Source of the DNA: Flectonema sp. DT1601
Taxonomy: Eukaryota
Direction of reading: 5' to 3'
NCBI GenBank assembly: GCA_964019425.1
Contig: OZ025786.1
Span: 1,116,001 to 1,180,000, forward strand
DNA length: 64,000 nt
Shown here: piece by piece, positions 44,897-57,800 of the stretch
How positions within the stretch are numbered: position 1 is the first letter of the stretch
Layout: each line of letters starts with the position of its first letter
Translations under genes and position numbers: made by a program
The notes under the pieces: generated by a model
What the model was told of the DNA's origin: nothing
Seen by the model: only the letters and a program-made list of their open reading frames with translations
Databases searched by the model: none

Positions 44897-46660
44897 TTAT
44901 ATTTCTCTTTTTAAATCTTTTAGAGGAGGAGTAGCATGTTGTGCCGTTAGCATTCCAGATCCCAAAAATGATTTCGTTGGATATGTAAACTCAGTGTCTA
45001 ACGGGTTAGTGGTTGCTTCCTTATTAGCGATGTCATTGTCAGTGATGATGTCGTTCTTCTTGTTGTTATCATGGCTGCTATTCGAATCAGGTAACGTGTC
45101 TGGATTGCTATCCCCTCGACGACGATACACACAACACATCACAATGATAACACAAATACAAACGAATAGCCCAGATCCACTTATAACCAATGCTAAACAG
45201 AGAGTGTCACATGTCGGACCTGAATCGGTATTATCAAAAACATAACCAGACTGATCAAGAACTAATACTTGCATAACAGATCCAGACACAACTGGTATCC
45301 CTGGGATTCCAACAGCGCTGTTACCTGACTGGGTGATGTGATTTAGTACTCGATTTCTGTTTGAGAAATTTTGAAGAACAAAATCAAACTCAACTGATAT
45401 CTCAGTTTGAGTTGAATTACCAGACTGAAGAACACTCTGACTTCTTTCAGTAGAAGTCATGCTACAAGGAGATAATGTAACATTACAACTTCCATCACTG
45501 TTTACAGGTGTGCATTTTATCCCCCATGATTGTGGTGCTGTCCGACATGCAGGACCTGAAAAAGAACTCGACAGAGTACTTTTTATATCTGATATTGGAT
45601 TCTTATCAAAGACGTTACAATTACACTCGACATTACCAACTGAACTTGAAGAGTTTGTGGGACAGTAATCGACGCATTGATCTCCAGTAAAACAACCTGA
45701 GTCTTGACGTTGTTTGGCATTATTAAAACAACACGCGGTAGGATTACAAGTAAATAATAATATCCATCTGAGAACTTTTATCTTTGGGGTGATCTCTTTA
45801 ACTAAACTCTCCAACGCAGATGAGAATATCGACCAACGAAAACTTGACATCCGCATTGAGAGTCGCAGTCTAACAGCAGTTCTTCCATTAGATGGAGGAC
45901 ACTGTCTTGTTTGAGTTGATAATGGGTTCTCAAGATTACAACATTTGTATTGTTGTGGACAGCTTCCGTTTGTTGTTGAGATGCAACTGTCACTCGAGGA
46001 GTCAACAGGAGAGCAAACATTACCAAAAGAACTAATCAAGTCATCAGTTATATTACAACCACATGGAAGTGGTGATGTTGTTGAATTATTGTCAAGTGGT
46101 GTTGGTGTTCTTTGTGAAGGTGACGTTGTTGATTGTTGACGATAACACCTAGGAGATGAATCAATATACCCTCGGACATTGCAGCATTTCCATGTCGATT
46201 TGCAGACACCGTTCTTTGGAACTGCGTAGCAGAATGATCCCCAACTTTGAGAAGGACCAACACACAAGTCTCCAATATGATCTGGTTCAAGATTCCCACC
46301 ATCAGTTGCAATCAACGTGTCAGGTCTTGTCGGAACACATCCACAGCTTTGCATAGTTCCACTGCAAGCACGATCATCTTGAAGGCAGCAGTATTGACGT
46401 TTATTTGCAGACCACTGCTCCATGTTGTCGAAGTCAGTGCAGGAATACTCTTTGAATCCACACCATCCTCCGAGACATCCTTCTTCACAATTATTTATAT
46501 TTTGAGTACACCATCCCTCTCCATACCACTTTCCACATCCTTCTTGTGAGCAATCACCTTTAGTAGTACAGCATTGACCAACCTTTCCATTATTATCTGT
46601 TTGACAGTTAGTTGTTTGTATAAACAACAACAAGAGTACAACTGTTAACCCGCTTCTCAT
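44897..46660 (-). CDS. Cysteine-rich type I membrane protein, 587 aa
   Basis: Signal peptide MRSGLTVVLLLLFIQTTNC, Cys-rich ectodomain, TM helix LALVISGSGLFVCICVIIVMCCVY followed by RRR. Confidence 0.85.
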   Translation of the reverse strand: MRSGLTVVLLLLFIQTTNCQTDNNGKVGQCCTTKGDCSQEGCGKWYGEGWCTQNINNCEEGCLGGWCGFKEYSCTDFDNMEQWSANKRQYCCLQDDRACSGTMQSCGCVPTRPDTLIATDGGNLEPDHIGDLCVGPSQSWGSFCYAVPKNGVCKSTWKCCNVRGYIDSSPRCYRQQSTTSPSQRTPTPLDNNSTTSPLPCGCNITDDLISSFGNVCSPVDSSSDSCISTTNGSCPQQYKCCNLENPLSTQTRQCPPSNGRTAVRLRLSMRMSSFRWSIFSSALESLVKEITPKIKVLRWILLFTCNPTACCFNNAKQRQDSGCFTGDQCVDYCPTNSSSSVGNVECNCNVFDKNPISDIKSTLSSSFSGPACRTAPQSWGIKCTPVNSDGSCNVTLSPCSMTSTERSQSVLQSGNSTQTEISVEFDFVLQNFSNRNRVLNHITQSGNSAVGIPGIPVVSGSVMQVLVLDQSGYVFDNTDSGPTCDTLCLALVISGSGLFVCICVIIVMCCVYRRRGDSNPDTLPDSNSSHDNNKKNDIITDNDIANKEATTNPLDTEFTYPTKSFLGSGMLTAQHATPPLKDLKREI

Positions 46661-46784
46661 TATTTCTGAATATCAGTTGGAAGGGGCAACTCTTTCCTTC
46701 ACATTTCCCGTTTTTTTTTTTTTTTTTCCCCCTTCCCCCCCTATTGAAAACTCGAATAGTAATATCGCTGGTAAGTAACTTTAA

Positions 46785-47088
46785 TTAGCAAGACCAGAAC
46801 TGATGAATGCGGTCTGGGAAACCCGCGTAGAGGACCCAATCATAGAGATTGTGACTTATGGTTTCGACTGGGAGGATTAATTCCCAGCTGTCCACCTTCC
46901 CAGAGACTAACAGGTTAAAAACAAGTAGATAAATGATATGGGGAGACGAGAGTAACAAATAAAAACATCCTTCTCACATATAAAACCTTTCTTCATGTGT
47001 CTACTGCCTCAATACTACGAAAGTTAATAAAAAACCGGAACAGGTTGTTCACCCCCTCCAACATTAATATCGTAAGGGGCCTCCCGAA
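46785..47088. repeat. Dispersed repeat, copy 2 (homologous to 12295..12658)
   Basis: Same collinear blocks as copy 1, same orientation. Confidence 0.8.
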
Positions 47089-47704
47089 CATTACTACACC
47101 AATCAAAAAGAAGCTCAAATGAAACAGGGCTCCGTATTCTGTTATTGATTATTGAAGTCTACAAAATTTTAAAACAAAACTCGGACCCTAAGAACGAAGG
47201 TGACATTACATAAAACGTACTTTGTGCCGCCACTAAAGTGGCGGGGTAATAACATATAAAACCATTCAGATTATATTTCGTTGAACGCAGACAGAGACCT
47301 GTCGAACGAGTTAATAAGTCATAACCATAAGAAAATAACAGATTTCAATCTGAATAGTTTCTTCTCCGACTACGTAGGTACGAAGAAAAGAAATTTTCAT
47401 AAAAAGGACTTCTTTGAGAAGAAATAAAATATTTTAATCTATAATTTGGTGAGATGATTCTCATTCGATTTGTCACAACTGCGTTGTTTTGTGTCGAGTT
47501 GTTACATCACTCTCTCAGGGTCTCACTCTCCAGGTTTGCAGAGGCGTAAATCAATTACGCTTTCCATTGTGTTAGTGTGTTGCGCATCAGAGTGGAGGAG
47601 GAGGAGGAGGATTGACTTATATTTACAGGGCAGTGCTGTTAGTCAAGTTGTCCCATCTCATTCCTCTCGTTGTTGAGATAAACAAGGAAAGTAAAGTTAT
47701 GAAT

Positions 47705-48208
47705 TCAAGATATCCCATAACAGCTGGCTCTCGAGATGTTTGCCATTGCTTTCATTCGTTGTTGGTTCTCAAATTCTCGATATTTTCGACGTTGCTCAGC
47801 ATCAGCTGCACCATCGGGAGGAGGAGTGACTTGTTTCTTTGGAGGGTTTGGTGGTGTGTGCGATTCTTGTTGATTGCCTTTTGGAGGTGGTGGAGGAGAA
47901 GAAGGAGATTGACCGCGTGAAGAAGGCTGAGCATCCCTCCACCGCCTCATCTTTTCCCTTGGGAGTATTTTATGCGAAGTATTCTTTCTCGATAGGAGTT
48001 CCTTTTGCAACAAGTTTTTCGCAGACACCAACACCTTAAAGTCATCAGCACTACCTCCTGTATCTGGGTGATGCTTTATAGAAAGTTGTTTGTATGTATT
48101 CTTTAAATCTTTTTCATTTATTGAAGTTGCGCTATCGAAGTCAAACAAACGCAATGCATCCTCCCAAGTAACTTGTTTACACCATTTGATTGCCGTTCGA
48201 CGAATCAT
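47705..48208 (-). CDS. DnaJ/J-domain protein, possibly mitochondrial, 167 aa
   Basis: DLKNTYKQLSIKHHPDTGGSADDFKVL (HPD motif); Arg-rich MIRRT.. N-terminus. Confidence 0.82.
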   Translation of the reverse strand: MIRRTAIKWCKQVTWEDALRLFDFDSATSINEKDLKNTYKQLSIKHHPDTGGSADDFKVLVSAKNLLQKELLSRKNTSHKILPREKMRRWRDAQPSSRGQSPSSPPPPPKGNQQESHTPPNPPKKQVTPPPDGAADAEQRRKYREFENQQRMKAMANISRASCYGIS

Positions 48209-48864
48209 ACCTCCTTGAATAAGAAATAACTATATATAAAATAAGAACAACATTGAGAAGAGAATAATAAAACGGAATAGCAAATAAGAGCTGTAAAGCA
48301 TCATAGCAAATTCAATAATGTGTGGCGCAGTGATGAGCGCATAAAGTTGTAAATAAATAAAAAAATAAATAGTTAAAAGTGTTTCGAATAAAGTAACAGC
48401 GTTAGAGATTAACAACACTCAAAGCTGCGACACATCTGAAGACAATTCAGAAATCACCGTCAGAAAATAGTTGGAGCATTTGCAAAAACACAAAAAAAAA
48501 AAAAAAACCAAAACAGAAATGTGGGTAAATGGAAATATAAAAAAAATAAATAAATAATTACTTGACAACAAAATACATCTAAAGTGACCTTAATAACTAA
48601 AAATAATAATTCATAGCTTCGTGATAAGACGAAGGTAAGGATGGGACGTAACTTATAACTACTGGACTAACAATCAATCCTACTCACGATAAATCTTTAA
48701 ATCTTATCCACGAGACGACACATAACCGAACAATAAATATCAGAAAAAATAAAAAGAAAAGAAGAAAAAAAATCGCATTCGTTAGCGAATCAATAAAGGT
48801 AAGGTGCTGACACAATTCCTCTTTTCACTTGTAATGCGTCTTCGAAGTGGAGGGAAGGTTCACT

Positions 48865-51800
48865 TTACGACAAGCATAGCACAAACACAACAAATATCAT
48901 TAACAACTCACCAACAGCAGAAGCAGCGGTACCGGCAGCACTGAAATCTGGAACCGCAATCCATTCAGGAGGTAGATCACTTGGTCCTTCTGTATACACG
49001 ACACGAGGAGAAGCAGTTTTAGGAACTCCAGTTGGTTGCGGAGTCACCGTACTTGTGATGTCAGGAAACGATAACATCAGATCAGACGTCTGATTTGATA
49101 AAGCTTTATTGAAAGCTGAAGTTACTAATAAATTCATCGCATCCGAATCATGTTCAGTACTCTCAACAATTACTGAGAACTCAAATATAATTTCCAACGA
49201 CAAGACTCCAGAAAATGATTCCTCTCTCATCCCAAGTTCGAAATTTTGAGTCTCAACATGACGTTGTCTGTAACTGTTTCCTGTTTTACAATGACCGCTG
49301 TTTAAGTATTCCTGTCGATTACTATCACTAAGTTGTATTCCAACAGGTAGCCTGCATACTGTTTGAACTTCAACAGAAACTATTAAGTGTGTGGCATCTC
49401 TTAAACTACTCAACATGACCGTCTCAAGCTTAGCTAAATATTTACTATTCAGTTCTGTACCATTTACGATTGACTCATCTTCGATGACTAATTGTACTTT
49501 AGGGTGAGTGCCGTGAGAAACTATTTTCTGTTTTTTTTTGATGTTTTTCTTTAGTTAAATTTTATTTTCAGAAATAAAAGAAGGAAAACACAAACTGTTG
49601 GAGTTGGTGTCCAGAAGCCATCCGTCCCTCTCCTCCCTACAGAGAACGTAATCGATTCCATATGAAGTCTTTCTTTACAATATCTCATCGTGTCGATGTT
49701 ATCATTTAAGACACATTCAACTCGTAGGATTGCTTCATCACAACTGGTTTCGTTTTGTTTTTGTTAGGATTAAAAAAAAAAAAGATATAATTTTTAATGG
49801 AACGAATCAATCATTAAAAAATACATACCTTCCAAGAAAACTCAGGTTTTCCAAAAATATATTTCCACCGACAGCGATAGCGATGTTCCACTCCAGTGGC
49901 TTTGTTATTTGATATCTTCTTGTAGAGTGACCAACATCAAATGTCCTGATTGTTGACTCGGCATCTGAACATGTTGCAGAAAGCGATACCTTTGTCCGAT
50001 GGTCGCCAGATACTAGTTTACCTTTTTGGTCAAGAACTGCAAACTGAAGAGAAAAGATTTCGTACGGAGCTATTATATATTTACCTTTGTGTTGTATCCA
50101 AGGCGAAGGCAATTCGCAAACACCCAACGATCTACATATCGTGGCGTTAACAGCAGAGTTGACTGATACCTTCTGAATAGGGCTGTCGGTCATCACTAAT
50201 GAAAAAGGTTTCTTCATTTCAAAACGACCAAAGTTCGACAAATCACCATACGGTGACTGAGACGTAAAGGAATATGCGACAGACCCTTCTCTCTCACCAG
50301 TGTAGACTACTTTGTTTATAAGAGCTGTTCCATTATTTAAATTAATATAAAAGTTTGGACTACTCATAACTGGAAGAGACTTACCAACAGAAATATCATC
50401 AAATATCCAACTTGGTGATTCACACATCCCGGATATAGATGATGACAAACACGGAACTCCATCATTAGGAAAGTGAACGACACTTAAAGAAGACTGCAGT
50501 ACATTACCAATGAAGTCTATTGCAGTTATCCTTAGTGAAAATGGATATCCTGTAACCCACGACACATGTGGTTCTTCTTGTATTGATATCACATTATAAG
50601 GAGGTATCCTCTCATCAGGGATCACTACTGGATGGTAACTTGAATCAAACTCCCCCTCCACCAACAAGTACCTCGGTATAATAATAACATCTAGAGTGGG
50701 TAAGTTAACTTCAGAAATGTCGAGGTTGGTTTTTTGTCCGTTAAAACCCTCATAAAATACCTCCGATATACTAATTTTAGCTGCCTCACCAATTGCTGTT
50801 GGTCTGAATATGGTAACTGGAATATGAAGGATTCCTTTTGCAGATGTTCCAACTCCGATGACTTCTGAATTAAAAAGAACAAACGCCTGCGAAGAAACAT
50901 CTCCTTTGACTGTTTCACCATTCTCATCGACAACACGTAATAAAATGTAAAATTTTTCACCTGCAGCAGCAGCTGTGTAGTGTTCGCTAACCGTATCTGG
51001 ATTTCTGTGATACTGCGCACCCCAATAGAAATATTTATTCAAATCAAATTCATAATCGTCGGTCACTACCGCTGATGGTTTCTGAACGGTGATACCAATC
51101 TCTGGGATGGAGAGTGCTTTAATTTCAGTAGATCCCAATATAGAACATGTGTGTGTTCCAATACCGTCATCAGGGAAGTATCCAGTCAGGTAGATGCCAC
51201 TTCTATCGGACGATGCTTTCGTTAAAATAAAACAATTCTGAGGATCAAGACTGAGAGTGACATCAGCTGTTGTGATACCGATGATTTCAATGTCCGAAAT
51301 ATCATTATCAACAACACCTTGAAGTTGAATTATATGAATGCTGTCAGTCGCAGCGAATCCTTTCCCGTCAATGATGATGAAGTTAGAGTTCGAGACCCAT
51401 CTCACCTGGTTAGAAACTCTGTTTTCAATTATTAATAATTCCAATAACTGATCAACAGCATCAGGCATCGATCCATCTCTGGGAGGACTAAACGAAAGTT
51501 GACAACTACTCCCAGTTATCCCGTCGAGTGATATTTCAAACGTGACTTTACCTCGATAGAGTTCTGCCTGTTGAGATCTAATTCTGTTTTGTTAATTTGC
51601 TATAATTAGATTAATATACAAAGGAGACAAGTATAAGAAATAATAATAACAACATACTCACAGTCAGATTCCATTGTAATTGGAACCTCAGATGTATAAT
51701 CAGAGGCGTAGTACGAATCTAAATATGTAGAAATCGTGAATAAGGAAATTGAAATTATGTCGTCCACATGAACATCTAAACTCGATCCGATGATCTCATG

Positions 51801-54800
51801 AAAAGTTAAGAATTGGGGAGGTTGCGTGATTGATATTATCGGAGGTAGGCCCTCAATACCGTATAAATACGTTGGAGCTGTTTCTAAGATAAGTTTCGCA
51901 AAGTATAATGGTGTAGTTTTAATTCCAAGAATAACAACTCCGGGGGACGACTGTTCAGATATCGGAGTCCCATCAACGAGTGTCGATCCGTTGAAAACAG
52001 ATACGATTGCAGACCCAGTCTCAACTTTTATTTTTCTATTTTCAATTCCCGACCTACCACCAAATCGCAATGTTGTTTCAAATGGTTTCAACGTACTTGT
52101 TATAACTGCAGACAGGGTAGTTACTTTTTCTTCACTTGGAAGTTTCTTAATATACGAAGGCATAGTGTGAATTATTTTATCACTCGGTCCGTTTACGAGA
52201 TACGATCGTTCTCCATCAGAGTCTGACGCGTACATTACTAAAGAGACGTTGTAGAACATGTTGTTGTTTATAAATTTATTTTTAAACATATTCCAATCAT
52301 CACTTGGGATAACATTAATCTGATCTGGTGGTGCGAGTACTGATAAGGAAGTGCTCTGAGCTCCAATTGAGATGACGCAGTGTTGACAAGATCTGCTGAA
52401 CTTTGCTTTTATCGTAACACTTCCTTCAAGTGATACTTGTTCAACCATTAGATGACCACCTGTTCCAGTTCCAGATCGAAGCTGAATATTTGCTGCTATT
52501 TCTGAATTCGAAACGTTTCCAGTCGGAATTCCATTCGCATCAGATTTCCAAGTAGAAATTGAAAATGATTTATTCTTAATGGCTACTCTCAACTGAGGAC
52601 CAGCTTTGACCCATCTTGTGGCACACGTTGTAACGATGAATTTTAAAATATTACTCGGCGTCCAAACGGCTTCTAAATGTCCCATACCCCAGTTTGATGA
52701 TCTCGTGTAGACTCTCAGAGGGAATGAACCATCTCTAATTATTTTATTTTCAACCGTATCAGTAATCTGAAAGTAAGCAGTTACCTCACACCTACGACAC
52801 GGCCTTGTAAAATGAAATGTGATCGAACTACTAGAACCTGACAGTCCTGATTTTGCTACTCCCCATTTCGAAGCAGATATAAAAGACTCTTCCGGAACAT
52901 TACAACTTTCCGCTTCAAGATTTGAAATATGACCTCCGTTACTGTATAACAGTTCACCTGATGATCGCAATGAATAAATCCATATCGTTGTTTTATATCT
53001 CGAGGTGTCTGATTGTGATGGTTTGTATGTGAATGACCAATTCTTTCTTCCATAAGTGACAACACTTTGATAAGAAATAGTCATTTTCGCACCAACCTGA
53101 AGTGTTGCTATTCCGTTGTTGAATTCTCCAGTTGGTGGGAAGGTATGAGAAGTGACTTGGATTGTGTCTGGAATAGGATTTCGAACTGTCATTGGTTTCG
53201 TTATCTTTATACGTTCTGCAAACACAGGTCGGTAGCTGTTGTCATCGTGAACGTTAGAAGACATGCAATCTGAAGTTCCCTTCGCACCTGAATAGCAAAG
53301 CATCAGTTCTAGTGAACACCTCTGACAAGGTTCCTGAAATGCTAACCACAAGATAGCAGCACCTCCTTCAGTAACAGCATTCTGTTGAGTGAATGAAGAC
53401 AAGTCTCCATTTAATACAGCAAGACCTGTAGTGAGAGTTGATGACAGAAGTCTGTATGAAGTAACTGATTCACCAGAACTACATCCACTCCATGATCGTA
53501 CTCTGGCTACTACTTGACTTGGTTTGAATTGCCACGACCGTTCTTCAGATATTCCTTTCACAACTGTTTCTATCGGAAATGGTATTCCTACACTCAATGC
53601 TTTACTGGTATCACTGTAAGACCATCCTTCACCTGGGATAGCTGAAGCTGTTAGGTAATTGTGTTTCGTTGTTGCAAGAAATCTTTTTTTTGGACATTCC
53701 GTGTCGTCAGTAACCTCATCATGTAGAACCCATCTAACTGACTTTTCTGAAGCTGGTCGTACCCAAGTGTAACTATTGGCTGAAGTTGATGAACTGAGAG
53801 TACCTCCAGTTCTCAGATCAACAGCACCAACTTCGAAATAAGTTGCGACAGGTAACAGACCATAAGCACTAAAAGTACAATCAATTTCAAAGTCATGCAT
53901 TCCTATCCAAATATCTGTTCCTGTGATGTAGTTATCGGCGAGAGCGGAATTCTGATTCAACTTTGTTAAAGTTTTCGTATTCCTACTCGCGTCTTCACCA
54001 ACCTTTGCCAGTAATAATATCTGTAAGCTACTAGCAGTTGTTAAAACGAATGAAAGAGGAGCATCATAAATGATGTAAAGGTTTTGATTTATATCATCAC
54101 TGAGAGTGTAAGCTCCAAGAACAGCTATATCAATATTACTAGCTGTAGAACCACACTGATCTCCAGCTCCAGGAGTAAGGATTCCATCACTGTGAAGCAT
54201 TCCTTTGGTTTTAATCATCTGAACACTTCTTGACATCCCTTGATTCTCTCCAGGTAGAATCCATAATCTAATTGGTTTACATTCAATCAAAGGATCTATC
54301 ACATCAGCTGCTTGCTGATCACTGTTTTCAGAGCACACTGAAAATAAGAATTCTCTAACGGGAGACTTGAACTGTCCTTTCTGTTCAATTGTTATTGTTC
54401 CTGTGTTTTGTTGTCTTCTATTGAACCTTTGGGAAGATGCAGAACTGTAAGACACCGGGACAAGCGTCGCAGAGACGCAGAAGGGCAACAAATATGGAGG
54501 CGTTTTCATTTTATGTTCCGGGAATTAAAAAAAGAGAAAAAAGAAAAAAACAAACCTTCGCCTCTCGCAGTAACTCCGTCCAACTGAATTCGAGAGATGA
54601 CTATTTGCGCAGTTCCAAAAGTGTACGTCGTGACCACACCACTGTCATCTATTCCTTTTATTGGAAGGTGTTGAGACTCAGCTGATTGCTCTGTTGTTTC
54701 ACATCTTGATTCAGTACACATCCATGAGGGTATCTTTTCTTTTTGACCTCTAATTTGATGTGTAATAATTGTTATATTCCTCGGTGTTCTATCTATCGAT

Positions 54801-57800
54801 CCCGACACTGCTCCAGAAACAGGAGCCTTCTTCTCACCATACGTGTGACTGAATGAGACAGTTATCGCAACTGGACCACCATCTGTTGTTGTTAAATATT
54901 TTAGACATTCAACTGAACTGATGCTGGAGTTTGTTGATTGACATAAAGGAGTCGCACCCTCAACTTTTGTAATATTTAAAATTGTTGTCGGAGGTGGTGG
55001 TATTTCCATTATCTTAGTTGGTATGTTGAATGAACAAGTCAATTCTGTTATAATTCTCTCCGATGGATCTGCATAAGAAGTTGTATTCGACGCAGCAATC
55101 AATGATATGACTGTTGAATCAGAAAAGGAACCTTCCACATGAACGTCTTTAAATATCGCACCCGACGGCTTAAATGATTGAATCAAACTCGTTGATGATT
55201 TCAAAACAATATTACTATCAACAGACGATAGTTGAACATCCCATGTTGGCCAAGAAAGAGGTTCGCTATTCCTATTCGAAACGTAAACGTTAACAGTAAA
55301 ATAATCACTGCTATCTCTTGCATCGTATAAGTGAAGAGCATCACCACTTTCTGATGACAATAATACTTCACAAGATAGTTTTACTGCGTCGTCAGTTAGT
55401 TTGAAATACACAACACCATTATCACCTACAGGACCTGCTCCCCAAGTACTGTGAATTGTTGCGATACATCCATTACAAGGTGTTGTTGTTTTTAATATAA
55501 AATTATATCCAATTACCGTTCGACCATCAGCTTCTAATAAACTAGTGTGAGCTTTGTGTGGATCAAGAAGTTCCAATCCTTCGTATAAAGGAGTGCTATC
55601 ACCATCAAGACCATCGGGGAACTTTATATCTTCTAACATTGCAAATGCTGTTCCGTTGTGGAACTCATCGTAGTACCACGTGCCTGATGTGTAGGTTCCA
55701 GGAAGTGCTTCCAATTCAATGCCGTGACCACATGAAGCTGTTGTTCTCTGTAATCTAATATGAAATGTTGAAGCCGGGACTCTAACAGCAGTTATGACTT
55801 CTGTTTCAATGGTTTGATGTGGTCTTGGAGGATTACTTTTAAAGTCAAATGCGATATTCAGTTTTAGATGACATCCCCAATCAACAGATGACGTTGACCA
55901 TCTTGAACAACCTCTGTTGTTTAAGATTCTAAAAGTGATTCCCCAAACTGTATTACCATTCGGTGTTGAATAAAGTTTCTGTGCTTGGATTCCACTTCCT
56001 AAAGACAATCGATAATCATCAGAATTACTCGTAAGAAAGTTATCAATCGTTGGACGTCCACTTGAATCCACTAAAACACTCATGAGATAGTTTCCTCTAC
56101 TGCCGGCTGTTTCTGTTAATGATATCGACGCTTCCCAATTATAATTATCATTTATATCCTTAGACTCTGAATCAGACAATATAAACTCAGCTCTGTATGG
56201 AACCAATGCCTCAATATATGAATCACTGTTGTTAGCAACCCAAAGATCAACAGGTGTCCTTATAGTTACATCTCTGATTAGCTTATCGAGCGGGATCAGG
56301 TCTATTATTTCAACCGAATGAGGTTTCCAACAGTTTACTGAAATCTCTAATGCAGACCAAACGCTAAGACCATTACCGTAACTAATATTTAATTGCATCA
56401 CAGCAGATATACACTCTCTACTAGTGATCGTTGGATAAAATGAAAATTCATATTTTCCAGTGTCATCCCAAGTAACAGGTGAGTTCAAAGGCAATTGGGA
56501 TAAGCTGCTCATATTTCCTACGATTGGAGTGACAAGTAATTCTCCAATTGGTGCAAAGAATTCAGGTCCGTTGTAAGCAGCTTGTAAAGAAACAATGCAT
56601 TGTTGTCGATTGGTGCATTGCTTTATAAAACAGCTGCTGCCTTGACAGTTCCGTTGTAGTGATTTTAACCGATGGCTGTCAGCTATAACACCATCTGGGT
56701 ATATTGATTCAACGCTAACCCAGTAAGGATTAGAGAAGACTGTTGGTCCTTGAGGACCTTCTGGACTTGCTGAAAACCTAACACCACATCCAGGAGAGGG
56801 AAGAACATTTTGATATTCAGGTTGTGGACATTTTGATTGATATCGTAATCGGAATATTGCAACTCCCTGATCAAGAAACTGTTTTAATCCATCTTGTGGC
56901 CATCCATACTTTGGTCCATTTAAAGGTGTGCAAGTAGAGTCAGTACTGTTGCCAACAACGTTAGATATTGAAAATCCTTTTTTTGAATTCACATCGTGTG
57001 GATTTGGACACAAAATGGAAGCCCAATCCCCTGCAGCAGACCTACACCTCATTACTGTTACAGCATACTGACCAAATGGTATTATGTTATCACCGGAAGC
57101 AGCCCTCACTATAACTTCAACAATCGATCCAGATTTCACAACAGGACTGCTACTGGTAAAACCTGAATCAGTAGTGAGGTCACTAACTGGAACATGACTA
57201 AACCTCGCAAACGTTTCTCTATCTGCAATACAAAATTGACGACTGCTGTTGAACTTTAATGTCGGGATATCCAATATTAAATTATCAACTTTACCTTTCG
57301 AGGATTGATAGTAACCACTAAGTCCTCCTGATGTAGCAATCCCTCTGTTAAGAATCTGATATGAGATACCAGATTGTAGTATCGACATATCAGGTGAGTT
57401 GGATGAGTGATTAGACCATCGACTTACTTTAAAAATACAAATTTTATATCGACCTGACAAACTGTTGTAGTGTTTTGGTGGTAATTGATATCCTTCTTGA
57501 ACTGTTGCTTGTGCTCCAGATGATGAGATTATTGGAATCCAAAGTAAGCGATCTAAACTATACACGACATCAGTTGGTATTGGACACAACTCAGTCGATG
57601 GAATAATTGATATGATATCCGTCTTAATTAGACTACCTGAACAACCAGAACTATTTACTGTTGATAAAGTACACCATGATTGTAATGATTGTGAAGAAGT
57701 CTTGTTTACCTTCAGTCGGATATCAAATATATTCCCCGTCGCTGCATCATCACCCTCATGAATATCGTACTCTAAGTATGTTGGTTGGGTAAATAAAGAA

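Noticed and set aside
47634..47750. Hydrophobic peptide (AVMGYLEFITLLSLFISTT) in another frame at the end of the DnaJ ORF, suggesting a frameshifted TM tail
   Set aside because: No intron or slippery site that I can identify links the frames; unsupported without reads or homologues.
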